A stretch of 64,000 nucleotides of DNA, taken from an uncultured delta proteobacterium. Its GTDB lineage: Bacteria > Desulfobacterota > Binatia > UBA9968. Within the stretch, counting starts at the first letter, position 1, and every line of letters starts with the position of its first letter. The notes under the pieces were generated by a model. The model was not told the origin of the DNA and did not search any database. It saw only the letters and a list, made by a program, of their open reading frames with translations. This document shows positions 21,387-32,907 of this stretch, piece by piece. A program made the position numbers and the translations under genes. Location: positions 114,284 through 178,283 of the forward strand of contig CAWDPO010000016.1 of the NCBI GenBank assembly GCA_963804165.1, in the 5' to 3' direction.

Positions 21387-23291
21387 TTAACTGCTAAAAA
21401 AAAGCACTGCCAACGGCGGCAGCGTAAGTACGAGCGAGCAGGGCCGGCCGTGGTGCGCTTCCGCCGCGGCTTCCACGCCGCCATGATTTCCGATACCGCT
21501 GCCGCCATACTCTTTGGCGTCGCTGTTGAGCACCTCTCGCCAAAAGCCGCCGCGCGGAGCGCCGACGCGGTAACCTTGGCGCGGCACGGGCGTGAAGTTG
21601 CATACGACAAGACCAAAGTCGGACGTCGATTTCCCTTTTCTGATCAAGCTGACAACGCTGCCGTCGGCGTCGCCGCAGTCGATCCATTCAAAGCCCGCCG
21701 GATCGCAATCGAACTCGTAAAGGGCGGGCTCGCTGCGATAGAAGCGATTGAGATCCTCGAGCCATTTGTGCACGCCCGCATGGGACGAGTATTGCAACAA
21801 ATCCCACTCAAGGCTCCCGTCGTGGGACCATTCGCGCCGCTGGCCCAGCTCTCCGCCCATGAACAGCAATTTTTTGGCCGGTTGGGCATACATATAGCCG
21901 ACATGGCGCGCAGATTGGCGAACTTCTGCCAATCGTCGCCGGACATTTTATCCAAGCAGAGATCCCTTGCCGTAAACCACCTCGTCGTGGGAAAGGGGCA
22001 AAACAAAGTTTTCATGAAACGCGTAGAGCATGCGAAAAGTCAGCTTGTCCTGGTGGAAGCGCCGGTGTATCGGCTCCTTCTGCATGTAGTCGAGCGTGTC
22101 ATGCATCCAGCCCATGTCCCACTTCAGGCCGAAACCGAGGCCGCCGACGTAGCTTGGCCGCGACACCATCGGCCAAGCAGTGGACTCCTCGGCGATGGTT
22201 TGCACGTCTGGATGGTAGCGGTAAACCGCTTCATTCAGCCGGCGCAAAAATTCAATCGCTTCGATATTTTCCCGGCCGCCGTATTTGTTGGGAATCCATT
22301 CGCCGTCGTTGCGCGCGTAGTCAAGGTAGATCATCGATGCCACCGCGTCGACGCGCAAGCCGTCGACATGATAGCGATCGAGCCAATAGAGGGCGTTGCT
22401 GATCAAAAAACTTTGCACTTCCTTGCGGCCATAATTGAAAATATAGCTCGTCCATTCGGGGTGGTAGCCCTGGCGCGGATCGGCGTGCTCGTAGAGATGT
22501 GTGCCGTCGAAGAATCCCAGACCGTGCTCGTCGTTGGGAAAATGCGAGGGCACCCAATCCAGGATGACGCCGATGCCGCGTTGATGCAGGTAGTCGATCA
22601 AGTACATCAAATCCTGCGGCGTGCCGAAGTTTCCCGACGGCGCAAAGTAACCGGTGATCTGATAACCCCAGGAGCCGAAGAACGGATGGTCCATCACCGG
22701 CAATAGCTCGACGTGAGTGTAACCCAAGCATTGCAAGTAGTCGGCGAGCTGGGGCGCGAGCTCGCGGTAGGATAACGAACGGTTGCCTTCCTGCTCGACG
22801 CGACGCCACGAGCCCAGATGCATTTCGTAGATCGCCATCGGCTTGTCGAGGCGATTGACCTGATGGCGGTTGGCCATCCATTCGCCATCACCCCACACGT
22901 AGTCGAGGTCCCAGACGATGGAAGCGGTCTTCGGCGGGATTTCATTGAAGATCGAAAACGGGTCGGCCTTATCGACTCGATACGCCTGAAAGCGCGAGGC
23001 GATATGGTATTTGTATAAAGTGCCCTTGCGGATATCGGGAAAAAACCCCTCCCAGATTCCCGAATTGCCTTTCGGCTGTAAACGATAGCCGGTCTTGTCC
23101 CAACCATTGAAATCGCCCATGACAAAAACCTGTTCGGCGTCGGGCGCCCAGACGGCAAAGCAGGTGCCGGCAGCGTCGCCGGAGTTGACGAGGTGGCCGC
23201 CGAGTTTTTCGTAGAGGTGAAAATGGCTGCCCTCATTGAAGAGGTAGATATCGTCGTCGGTGAGCAAGGTGTTCGGCGCAGGATGTGGCAT
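21387..23291 (-). CDS. glgB: 1,4-alpha-glucan branching enzyme (GH13), frameshifts near the 3' end
   Basis: [61 protein letters not shown]. Confidence 0.95.
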
Positions 23292-23300
23292 CGAAATATT

Positions 23301-25412
23301 TTACCCCATCCCGCCACGGATGTCGCTAATGGTCTTCAAAATGTCCCCGATAGACTTCATCTCACGGATGTCTCGATGAGAATAGCGCGCTTTGCGCTGC
23401 CAATTGGGCCGCTCCTGCCAAGTGCCGGGAACATTTTGCGGCGCCGTCTCAAGCCAGAGATCTTCCAGGTTGATCAGTAGGAATTCTGCTTCGCCGGGGC
23501 GAGAAAGGACAACCAGCCCGTGAGCACTGCGGCCGGATCGGTGGAATTATCGCGCAGCAACCCGCGCGATCGCAGAAAGGTCACGAGCGTGTCTCGCTGT
23601 GCCGCGCGATACTGCTGCTCATGTTGAGCTTGAATTTCTTCCAGCAAACCCAGCGCGACTCGATCATGGATATCGGCGTCCGTTCCAAAAGCCCATGAAC
23701 GTCGCGGTGTCATGCGTGTTGAGGCTCGCCACAGTATTGGCCGGAGCCTGATCGAGCGCCTGCTCAGCGTTCGTATTCACGCCGAAGATGGCCGACGTGC
23801 ATGCCGAGAATCTTGTGGCGCGCCATCGCTTCATTGACATAGAACGGCACTGTGCCGAGGTTTTCGCCGACGATTTGCGCCTGATGGCGATGTGACTCCA
23901 GGCTCAATATCGCCCAGTATTCGTGGGCGCGGGATATGAACGTACAAACCCTCCGTGGCGCTGAAACCGTCCGGCACCCAGAAAGCGCGGTGCAAACCCA
24001 TGACGTGATCGATACGCAGCATGCCGGCCAAAGCCATATGATGACGCACGCAATGGATGTAGTAGCGGTATCCTTGGCTGCCGAAGCGCTTCGGGATTAA
24101 CCGGCGGAAAGCCCCAGTTCTGTCCCTTGACAAACAGTCCATCGGGCGGCGCGCCGCCGTTGGCATTCAGCGCGAATAACTCGCGCTCGCGCCAGACATC
24201 GTAACCATCGCGATTCACGCCGAGCGGAAAGTCAAGATAAAGCATTGCGTCGTTCTCTTTCGCCTCGTCGCGCAAGCAGCGCTTTTGTTCATCGCACTGC
24301 CACTGGACGTAAAGATGGTACTGATAAGCACTCTCGTCATAGTCATCGGCAATGAGTGTACCGGCGCTGGCGGTGGGCGGCCAATGGAACCAAACTTTTC
24401 GTTCGCGCTCGACTTTGGCGCGAAAGGCGGCGTAGTCCCGCGCCAGGGGATGAGTCGTTACATACTTCTTAAAGCTGGTGCGGCGTTTGAGAAGTTTTCA
24501 GCTGAAGAAATTTCAAGAGCTCTTCGATCACTCGGCGCTTGAGCGCCATGCACTTTCGATAGTCCACCAACGATTGGGCGCGTGCGTCGTCTAAGTCGCG
24601 TTGAAACTCGGCGGAATTAAATATTGCTTGCGCCGCCGGACACTCGGCGAACTCCGGGAATCTTCGTCACGTCGAGATAAAACTCATTCCAAAAAAGCCG
24701 GCTCACCGGGGCATAGGGACTCGGATTGAACGGTTCCTCCAGGAAACTTGAGAGTAGTCGGCAAGGTGGCGACGGCTTGTCCCCTTAGCTCGCCGATGAA
24801 GCCGGCAAATGTCGCGAGATCGGTAAAATCGCCAGCGCCCCAGTTGCGTGCCGAGCGGAGCGCGTAGAGCGGACAAAAAACGCCCCAGCGCTTGTCATCG
24901 GTCTGCGGCGGCGCGTACGCTTCGAGCGGCGCCGATATCAGCATAGACTGCAAATGCAGGCTACCCACTCGCAGATGAAGCCGGTGATAACCGAGCGGAA
25001 TCGGTGTTTGCCAACGAAGAAACCGAACGACATAGCCCGCGCCTTCCACTTCTTTGAAGACGGGCGCAATCGCGCGAACGTCTTCGCAGCGGCCTTCAAG
25101 GCGCTCGCCATTCTCTAAAATAATCTCCGCGGCGACAGCCTCTTGAGCCAACCGGCTTGGCAGGCGCAACTTAATTTTCAGAGGCTGATTTTGCCAAGCG
25201 ACGGTGACCGGCTCGATGCCGCGTTGCCACTGGGACTGGCGGCGTTCGCGTAGGGAGTTGGGAAGATCCTCGAGGGACCGCACCGGCGCGCCGAGTGAGT
25301 TGAGCACACTGAGAACCGAGTCGGTCGGCGCGGTGCGCAATTGGCCGAAGCCGTCGCGATATCTGGTCTGGATATTATAGAGTCGAGCGACAGTTTGGAG
25401 GGGATTGGCCAT
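23301..25412 (-). CDS. malQ: 4-alpha-glucanotransferase (amylomaltase, GH77), heavily frameshifted
   Basis: WGVFCPLYALRS..WGAGDFTDL, LYLDFPLGV, GAPPD..GQNWGFPP, LRIDHVMGLHR. Confidence 0.9.
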
Positions 25413-25563
25413 GGGGATTGTCCATCTGGGTCATAGTTTAACAAAACGCTACGCCGATTGCGCCGCTCTTGTGAAAAAATGCCGCCGCGCCGCTATAAAT
25501 GCGCGCGGCCCGTGTACGAATTTTACGTAAAAATTATTCGGCGGAGCGCGCCGGAGGGCCGCT

Positions 25564-26620
25564 TCAGACGAGGCGCACCCAGGGTTTTTGCAGCGAGGTG
25601 GCGTACCCGACTTCGGTCGCCTGCGCGACACCCGCGTTATGGAGATCCTCGATCAGTTTGGCGGCGTGCCGTTTGGCAACGGCGATGAGCAGGCCGCCGG
25701 AAGTTTGCGGATCGAGGGCGACTTCGACGAGCCCTTCGCGAATCGATTTGTCAATCGTCATCTTATCGTTCAAGTATTCTCTGTTTCGCTTGCAGCCGCC
25801 GGTGATGTAGCCCTTTTCCGCCAAGCTTGCGGCGCGGTGTAAAAGCGGCATCTTCGCCGATTCGATCACCAAAGTGACGCCGCTGCCGCTGGCCATCCCG
25901 AGGGCGTGGCCGAGAATGCCAAAGCCGGTGACATCGGAGCAGGCGTGAACCGGGTGTTTGCGCGCGACGAGCGACGCCGCGGCATTCAGCGTGGTCATCG
26001 ACTCCACCGCCTCGGTTACGCTCTCTTCCGAAGCTTTGCCTTTTTTTAGCGCGGTGGTGATGATGCCGGTGCCGAGGGGTTTGGTGAGGATCAGCGCGTC
26101 GCCTTCCTGGACGCCGACGTTGCGAAAGATCTTGTCGGGATGGATGACGCCAGTGACCGCCATGCCGTATTTGATTTCTTCATCGATGATGCTGTGACCG
26201 CCGATGATCACCGCGCCGCTTTCCTTTACCTTGTCGGCGCCGCCCTTGAGGATCTCGCCGAGGATCTCGATATCCATCTTGCCTTTGGGGAAGCAGACGA
26301 TATTCATGCAGGTCTTGGGATCGCCGCCCATGGCGTAGACGTCGCTCAGCGAGTTCGCCGCCGAGATCTGGCCAAAGATGTAGGGGTCATCGACGATCGG
26401 CGTAAAAAAATCCACCGTGTTGACGATCGCGAGGTCGGGGCGCAGTCGATACACCCCGGCGTCGTCGCCGGTTTCGGTGCCGACGAGCATGTCGGAATTC
26501 TTGAACTTGGGCAGCTCGTGCAAAACTTGCGCGAGGTCGGCGGGGCCGAGCTTTGCTGCTCAGCCCGCGGCTTTGACCTCTTGCGTCAGCCGCACAGCTT
26601 TTCTCTTTTCTAAGGATCAT
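25564..26620 (-). CDS. selD: Selenide, water dikinase containing selenocysteine (in-frame UGA at 26560-26562)
   Basis: RLTQEVKAAG-U-AAKLGPADL is in frame with DDAGVY, VDFFTPIVDDP, ANSLSDVYAMGG, GGHS, DVTGFG and DPQTSGGLL; ATG 26620 is one base out of frame, alternative in-frame GTG at 26595. Confidence 0.95.
26506..26559 (-). promoter_or_regulatory. Candidate bacterial SECIS hairpin just 3' of the selD UGA
   Basis: CUCGCGCAA-GUU-UUGCACGAG stem with a G-initiated loop about 34 nt after the UGA; GCAGC..GCUGC may extend it; folded by eye. Confidence 0.45.
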
Positions 26621-26655
26621 GATGCGATTACTTTAGTGCGAATCAATGGTTAAAT

Positions 26656-28593
26656 TCAACGCGGCGAGAGCGGCTTTTCACTCGTCGGCGCAGATTTCAA
26701 TCGGCGGATGTCGCCGATGCGAATCGTCAGTCCGTCACGATCGAAGTATTCCAGGAGCGGGATCGTGTACTTGCGGCTGGAGCCGATCAGATCGCGGAAG
26801 GATGCCGCGGTCATTTCGCCTTTCTCAGTTAAATATTCTTTTAATCTTTGCCGCAAGCGTTTCGATGCTGCTCGCCAGAAAATACATGTCGGTGGTGACG
26901 CGGACGATCGAGCCGTCTCGTTCCAGCAGGCGGATCACTTCATTCAAACGCGGGCGCGGCACGCCGGCCTGTTTTTCGATCTCTTTCAGATCCGGAGGCG
27001 CCAGCGGCTGTTCGCCGAGGAGTTTTTTGATTTTGTCCATCAGCGTCTTTTCTTGGCCGCCGAGCTGGACGCGGTGACTGGCAAGGCGCAGCAGGTTGTC
27101 TTCCTTGGCGATCAGCTTTTCTTCGATCATGGTGTCGACGACGAGGCGGAAAATCTTCGGGGACAATTCATAAACCAGCTTGCCGCGCAATTCTTCCATG
27201 TCCATCCCGGGCAGGAGCGGATGACCGGCGTGAAAGTCCTTTAACGATTGGACGATTTGTTCATTGATGCGCCGCCATTTTTGTTCGGTGGTGTAAACTT
27301 TTTCGCCTTCGGCGCTCAAGACGCGCAGCGGTTTCATCGTGTCGATGGCATCGCGCATCGGTTTCTTCCCTGATGTTGAGAAATTGATGAATCGCGTCGA
27401 TCGGCGCCGCGAACGATTCGCTGCCGTCGATAAAGGCTTGCAGTGAGCGTCGCGATGTCGCCGCGGTGCAGCGCTTCCAACCGGTTACTCAGCTCGCGAT
27501 CGCCCCGTTTGTGGCGTTTCGCCCAGGGATTGATCACCCGCCCGCCCGCCAAAGTTCGCCGCGCAGTCTCGTCGCGCACGATGAAATGGTCGCCGCGCAA
27601 GACCAGCAGCGGCTCGTTGAGCATGACTTGGCAATAGGCCGATTGTTTGGGCTCGATTTTTTCCGCATTGCCGAGGACGACAATTTTGCCGAGCCGTTCG
27701 GCGGTGCCGAGATGAATGCGCACTCGCTGATGATTTTTGATGCCCTTGGCCGCCGCCGGCCGGACTTCCAGAAATGCATCGAAGCGGTCCGAAGTCAGCG
27801 CCAGCTTCTCGTGGCAGATCACCTGACCGCGCTCGATCGAGGCGCGCTCGGGACCGGTGAGATTGATCGCCACCCGCTGTCCCCATACCGCCGCGTCGAC
27901 GGATTTGCCGTGAACCTGCAGGCTGCGCACGCGAAAAAGATGATCGCCCGGCAGGCAGCGCACTTGCTCGCCGACTTTGACTTCGCCGCTGAGCGCCGTG
28001 CCGGTAACGACGACGCCATGTCCTTGCAGGACGAAGGCGCGGTCGACGGGCAGGCGGAAGTAACCGTTCGGCGCGGTTTTGGCGTGGCTTTTTAGAATTT
28101 CGGCGATGCGTTCTTTGAGCTCTGGAATTCCTTGGCCGGTCACCGAAGAAACGGCTATCTTCGGGGAATTTTCCAGCGTCGTGCCGAGAGTTAAAATATC
28201 GATCTCTTCCTCGATGTCGGCGATCCGCGCAGCGGAAACAAGATCCGCTTTGGTGATCACAAAAAGCGCAAGCTTGATGCCGAGCAGATGAACGATGTCC
28301 AAATGCTCTTCGGTCTGCGGCATAACGCCATCATCGGCGGCGACGGTAAACAGCACGAGATCGATGCCGTGAGCGCCGGCGAGCATGTTCTTGATAAAAC
28401 GCTCGTGGCCCGGCACATCGACGATGCCCGCCGAAGTGCCGTCGGGCAAATCGAGATGGGCAAAGCCGAGATCGATGGAGATGCCGCGCTCTTTTTCTTC
28501 TTTGAGCCGGTCGGTGTCCGTGCCGGTGAGCGCCTTGATCAGGCTGGTTTTACCGTGATCGATATGGCCGGCGGTGCCGATGATGTAGGGCAT
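26656..28593 (-). CDS. selB: Selenocysteine-specific elongation factor, with two frameshifted regions
   Basis: [48 protein letters not shown]-terminal winged helix [13 protein letters not shown]. Confidence 0.95.
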
Positions 28594-28703
28594 TTGTCGG
28601 TTCAAAGTTTAGTCAATTTTCAGGTTTCAGAATCCTTTAGAACCTTGAACGTGAACCATACGTCTCATGCTGCGAAATTTGTCCTGCGAGATCTCGGCCC
28701 GAT

Positions 28704-30080
28704 TTAAATTCGGGACCAGCTCGTCGGGTCGAAGATTGTTCTCAGGTCGAGAAGAAAGCGGTCGTCTTTGATTCTACCGATGATCGGCGGATCGGCAGCG
28801 CGGAATTTTTGCGCGATGGCGTTGGCGCTGAGTTTTGGATGCGCGACGCTGACGACGACCGTCGGTAGCTCTTCGGTCGGCAGAGCGCCGCTGCCGATCT
28901 GCGCCGTTGAGTCTTCGAGTTGGATCTGGAATTCGGCGCCGAGCGCCGCCTGGAGCTTCGGCAGCAACTGTTCGCCGGTCGCGCGAATTTCTTCGACAGA
29001 TCGGGTAAAGGCTCGCAGCGTGGGAATTTCTTCGACGATGTTCGGCGACTGGCGGTAGCGGCGCAAGGTTGCTTCCAGCGCGGCCAATGTCAGCTTGCCG
29101 CAGCGCAGCGCGCGCTGCAGATGATTCTTGTTCATCCTGCCGATCAAATCTTTTTTGCCGACGATCAGGCCCGCTTGCGGGCCGCCGAGGATCTTATCGC
29201 CGCTAAACGTCACGATGCTCGCGCCGGCTTGAATTCTTTCCGCGACGATCGGTTCCTTCGGCAGGCCGTACCGGCTTAAATCGATAAAAGCGCCGCTGCC
29301 GAGATCTTCCATCACCGGCAGGTTGTGCTTTTTGCCGATGGCGACGAGCTCTTCCAACGTCACTTCGGCGGTGAAGCCGACCACTTTATAATTGCTCGTG
29401 TGGACCTTAAGCAGCAACGCGGTTTTTTCATTGATGGCATTCTCATAATCCACCGGGTGGGTGCGATTGGTTGCCCCGACTTCACGCAGCACGGCGCCGC
29501 TTTTTGCCATGATCTCAGGAATGCGAAAAGCGCCGCCGATCTCGATCAGCTCGCCGCGAGAAACGATCACTTCTTTGCCTTCGGCCAACGTGTTCAAACC
29601 GAGCAATACCGCGGCGGCATTATTATTGACCACCGTCGCGCCTTGGGCGCCGGTAAGATCCGTCAATAGCTTTTCGAGCGTCTCCTCGCGCTTGCCGCGT
29701 TTGCCGGCGGCGAGATCGTATTCCAGATTGATCGGATGATCGGCGACCTCGAGCATGGCGTCGATTGCCGCGCGCGGTAGCAGGGCGCGTCCTAAATTTG
29801 TGTGCAGTAGGGTGCCGGTGGCGTTGACGACTCGAATATGTCCCGGTTGGCCGTCGATCAAAATCGCGCTTTCGATCCGTTCGATGATCGCATCGTCATT
29901 CAGGTCGACTACGCCGCCGCCGCGCCTGATCTCAGTGCGCAGACGTTCGAGGGCGGCGCGGCTTTGCTCCGTGACATATTCCCGATTGTAACGCGCCAGC
30001 AATGCTTCGCAGCGCGGATGCTTGAGCAGACGATCGATGGATGGAAGTTCGCGCAAAAGAGTGGCGGTCTGATCGGCCAT
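28704..30080 (-). CDS. selA: L-seryl-tRNA(Sec) selenium transferase
   Basis: VNATGTLLHTNLGRA, NLEYDL, VNNNAAAV, SRGELIEIGGAFRIP, KVHTSNY, EDLGSG, FSGDKILGGPQAG. Confidence 0.97.
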   Translation of the reverse strand: MADQTATLLRELPSIDRLLKHPRCEALLARYNREYVTEQSRAALERLRTEIRRGGGVVDLNDDAIIERIESAILIDGQPGHIRVVNATGTLLHTNLGRALLPRAAIDAMLEVADHPINLEYDLAAGKRGKREETLEKLLTDLTGAQGATVVNNNAAAVLLGLNTLAEGKEVIVSRGELIEIGGAFRIPEIMAKSGAVLREVGATNRTHPVDYENAINEKTALLLKVHTSNYKVVGFTAEVTLEELVAIGKKHNLPVMEDLGSGAFIDLSRYGLPKEPIVAERIQAGASIVTFSGDKILGGPQAGLIVGKKDLIGRMNKNHLQRALRCGKLTLAALEATLRRYRQSPNIVEEIPTLRAFTRSVEEIRATGEQLLPKLQAALGAEFQIQLEDSTAQIGSGALPTEELPTVVVSVAHPKLSANAIAQKFRAADPPIIGRIKDDRFLLDLRTIFDPTSWSRI

Positions 30081-30168
30081 GGGAAAAATCAGATTTACAC
30101 AGGGAGGAAACAAATTCAACATGACTTTTGCGTGGAGAATCGGTGCGCCGTTTGTCGTTTGCGCATGT

Positions 30169-30197
30169 TTGACAAGCGCCATCGGCTTCCATAGAGT
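30169..30197 (+). promoter_or_regulatory. Sigma70-like promoter for the ORF divergent from selA
   Basis: TTGACA-N17-TAGAGT. Confidence 0.55.
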
Positions 30198-30233
30198 TCT
30201 GCGCGAGACAGGCGCTCGCGCAACCGAACCGAG

Positions 30234-30599
30234 ATGGATCATCCCGCCGAAACAAAAACTGTTTCTCAACGCAAAGATCCTCGCACAACGGTCATCGAAT
30301 TATTGCGCAGCCGCAACAAACAAGCGCGCTTCATGACCGAATTGCGGGCTTCGCTGGCGCGTTACGGGATCGGCACGGAAGAAGGCGATCGCGCTTTAGC
30401 GGCGCTGGAGTCCGAACGAGTCGTGATGATCCGCGAGCATTTTTGCGCCGATCCGCATCTGACCGGCGTCGATCTGCGCGTCGTCGCGCTGGTGGAGAGC
30501 GTCGATGGAGCCGATCCGCAGATGAGCGCGATTCGCCTGATCGACGAAGCCTGGAACAAGTGGCTGAGCGAGTATCTCGCCAACCACCGGTGCGGCTAG
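30234..30599 (+). CDS. Hypothetical protein with possible His/Cys metal ligands
   Basis: 121-aa ORF with its own promoter; HFCADPH and terminal NHRCG; winged-helix-like N-terminal pattern. Confidence 0.7.
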   Translation: MDHPAETKTVSQRKDPRTTVIELLRSRNKQARFMTELRASLARYGIGTEEGDRALAALESERVVMIREHFCADPHLTGVDLRVVALVESVDGADPQMSAIRLIDEAWNKWLSEYLANHRCG

Positions 30600-30617
30600 C
30601 GCGGCGTGTGCGCCGCG

Positions 30618-30748
30618 CGTTCAAATAGTTCAAAGCGTTCAAGACGTTCAAATCGTCTGTAGAATTCAAGTCGTTTACTGCGCCATTCAAGAACAGGTTT
30701 TGTGATCTAACGGCTTGAACGTTTTGAACGACTGGAACGGTTTGAACT
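30618..30748. repeat. Inverted arrays of 9-bp GTTCAAnnn repeats (hairpin-forming)
   Basis: GTTCAAATA GTTCAAAGC GTTCAAGAC GTTCAAATC ... TTGAACGTT TTGAACGAC TGGAACGGT TTGAAC. Confidence 0.85.
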
Positions 30749-30788
30749 CAGAGGCGGTGGAGGGTGGATAACAAAGGGGGGTAAAGAA

Positions 30789-32846
30789 TTGCGCGTAGCA
30801 GTTGACATCGGCGGCACATTTACCGACGTGGTCGTGTTTGACGAAGCGATGAGTTCGCTGGCGTTGGCGAAGGCGCTATCGACGCCGGCGGAGTTGGCGC
30901 GTGGAGTGTTGGAAGGTTTGACCAAGGCTGCCGTTCGCTTCGCCGACGTGTCGACCTTGATTCACGGTTCCACGGTGGTGGTCAATGCGATCATCGAGCG
31001 CAATGGCGCCAAGACCGCGCTGGTGACGACCAAAGGTTTCCGCGACGTCTACGAGATCGGCCGAATCAATCGCCCCGAGTCGTTCAACCCGCGTTTTCGC
31101 AAGCATCGCCCGCTGGTGCCGCGCGAGGATATTTTTGAAGTTACCGAGCGCCGGCTCGCCGACGGCTCGGTGCGCACGCCGTTCGACGAACAGGAAGCAC
31201 GCGAGGTCGCGCGCATGATCAAGGAAGAAGGATTCGAAGCCGTGGCGGTGCTGTTTCTTCATTCTTACCGCGCGCCCGAGCATGAGATCCGCATGTGCGA
31301 GATCCTGCGCGAAACCGATGCAAATTTATTTTTAAGCGCGTCCCATGAGCTGTCGCGCGAGTATCGTGAATACGAGCGCACGTCGACCGTTGCGGCCAAC
31401 GCCTACGTCGGGCCCAAAGTAAGCCAATACTTGGGTGATCTCGAACGACGGCTGCGCGATAACAAATTCCGCGGCAATCTTATGATCATGCAGTCCAACG
31501 GCGGCCTGTCCGATGTCGACATGGCGCGGCGCCAGTGTATTCAAATGATGGAGTCGGGACCGGCCGGCGGCGTGGTCGGCACCATGGCGCTTTGTGAATT
31601 GCTCGACCTCGACGCCGCGATCGCTTTCGACATGGGCGGGACTACGGCAAAAGCGTGCGTGATCCGGCGCGGTGAACCGAGCCTTTCGCCGGATTATTTC
31701 ATCGGTGGCTACAACGAAGGGCTCGCGGTGCGTATTCCTGTTCTCGACATCGTCGAAGTCGGCACCGGCGGCGGCAGCATCGCGTGGCTCGACGAAGGCG
31801 GTGGGTTGCACGTCGGTCCGCGCAGCGCCGGCGCGGAACCCGGGCCCGCGAGTTACGGTCGCGGCGGCAGCGAACCGACGGTCACAGACGCGAACGTCAT
31901 CCTCGGCCGACTCTCGCCCGAGCGCTTTCTCGGCGGCGAAATGCGCTTGGATCGAAGCGCCGCGGAAAAAGCGCTACGCGAACGGGTTGCGCAAACGCTC
32001 AACGTAAATCTCGAACGCGCCGCCGCGGGCATGCTGCAAGTCGCCACCTCGGCGATGGCTAACGCGGTGCGTCACGTGACCCTCGAGCGCGGCCTCGACC
32101 CGCGCGATTTTACGCTGGTCGCTTACGGCGGCGGCGGGCCGCTGCATGCCGCATCGGTGGCGAAGGAATTGTCGATCGGGAAAATCATTATCCCGAGCGC
32201 GCCGGGACATTTTTCCGCGGTCGGCATGCTGATGGCCGATCTGCGCCGCGACTACGTGCAGACGCTCTTCGAACGCATGGACGATCTGGAGATGGTCCAA
32301 CTGGAAGATCAGTTCAAGAAACTCGAAGACGAAGGGCGGGCGGCGCTCGAGGCGTCGGGCATTTCGACGGACCGGATCGTCTTCGAGCGCGCCGCCGACA
32401 TGCGCTATGTCGGTCAGGAACACGCGGTGGCGGTGCGCATGCCGGCCGAGGTCGGCGATGAAACCGCGCGCGCCGAGATCAAGCGGCTTTTTGACGAGGC
32501 GCATGAGCTGCGCTACAGCCACAGCGCGCCGGAAGAATCCGCCGACATCGTGAGCTTGCGCGTCTCCGCGATCGGGCGGCTCGGCAAACCGCAGTTTGGC
32601 CAAGTCGCTGCCGGTGAAGAAACGCCGCCGGCAAATGCCCGGCGCGGAACCCGCATGGTTATCTTCGAAGGTACTGGGGCTGTCGAGGCGCCGGTCTACG
32701 ATCGAACCCAGCTGCTGCATAGCAATGTGATCTCCGGTCCGGCGATCATCGAAGAGGCGGCGTCAACGACAGTGGTCGAGCCCGGCGACACGGTGACGGT
32801 GAATGCGTACGGGCATCTGATTATGCAGCTCGGAAGCGCGCAGTAA
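30789..32846 (+). CDS. Hydantoinase/oxoprolinase family subunit A (ATP-binding)
   Basis: DIGGTFTD, TTKGFRD, REYERTST, ESGPAGG, DMGGTT, GTGGGS, VGPRSAGAEPGP, YGGGGPLH, DMRYVGQEH. Confidence 0.95.
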   Translation: MRVAVDIGGTFTDVVVFDEAMSSLALAKALSTPAELARGVLEGLTKAAVRFADVSTLIHGSTVVVNAIIERNGAKTALVTTKGFRDVYEIGRINRPESFNPRFRKHRPLVPREDIFEVTERRLADGSVRTPFDEQEAREVARMIKEEGFEAVAVLFLHSYRAPEHEIRMCEILRETDANLFLSASHELSREYREYERTSTVAANAYVGPKVSQYLGDLERRLRDNKFRGNLMIMQSNGGLSDVDMARRQCIQMMESGPAGGVVGTMALCELLDLDAAIAFDMGGTTAKACVIRRGEPSLSPDYFIGGYNEGLAVRIPVLDIVEVGTGGGSIAWLDEGGGLHVGPRSAGAEPGPASYGRGGSEPTVTDANVILGRLSPERFLGGEMRLDRSAAEKALRERVAQTLNVNLERAAAGMLQVATSAMANAVRHVTLERGLDPRDFTLVAYGGGGPLHAASVAKELSIGKIIIPSAPGHFSAVGMLMADLRRDYVQTLFERMDDLEMVQLEDQFKKLEDEGRAALEASGISTDRIVFERAADMRYVGQEHAVAVRMPAEVGDETARAEIKRLFDEAHELRYSHSAPEESADIVSLRVSAIGRLGKPQFGQVAAGEETPPANARRGTRMVIFEGTGAVEAPVYDRTQLLHSNVISGPAIIEEAASTTVVEPGDTVTVNAYGHLIMQLGSAQ

Positions 32847-32854
32847 GCGCGCGC

Positions 32855-32893
32855 CGTTCAAGCCGTTCAAAAGGTTCAAATCGTTCAAGCCGT
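32855..32893. repeat. Tandem 9-bp GTTCAAnnn repeats
   Basis: CCGTTCAAG CCGTTCAAA AGGTTCAAA TCGTTCAAG between the hydantoinase A and B genes. Confidence 0.8.
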
Positions 32894-32907
32894 GTAAAAC
32901 CGAAGAT

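Noticed and set aside
21450-22706. Long opposite-strand ORFs (418 aa here; also 4212-5372, 52868-53827, 61538-62725)
   Set aside because: They fully overlap well-supported genes on the other strand, as is typical of GC-rich shadow frames.
25412-30234. tRNA-Sec (selC) near selABD
   Set aside because: No cloverleaf with a TCA anticodon was recognisable in the intergenic gaps.
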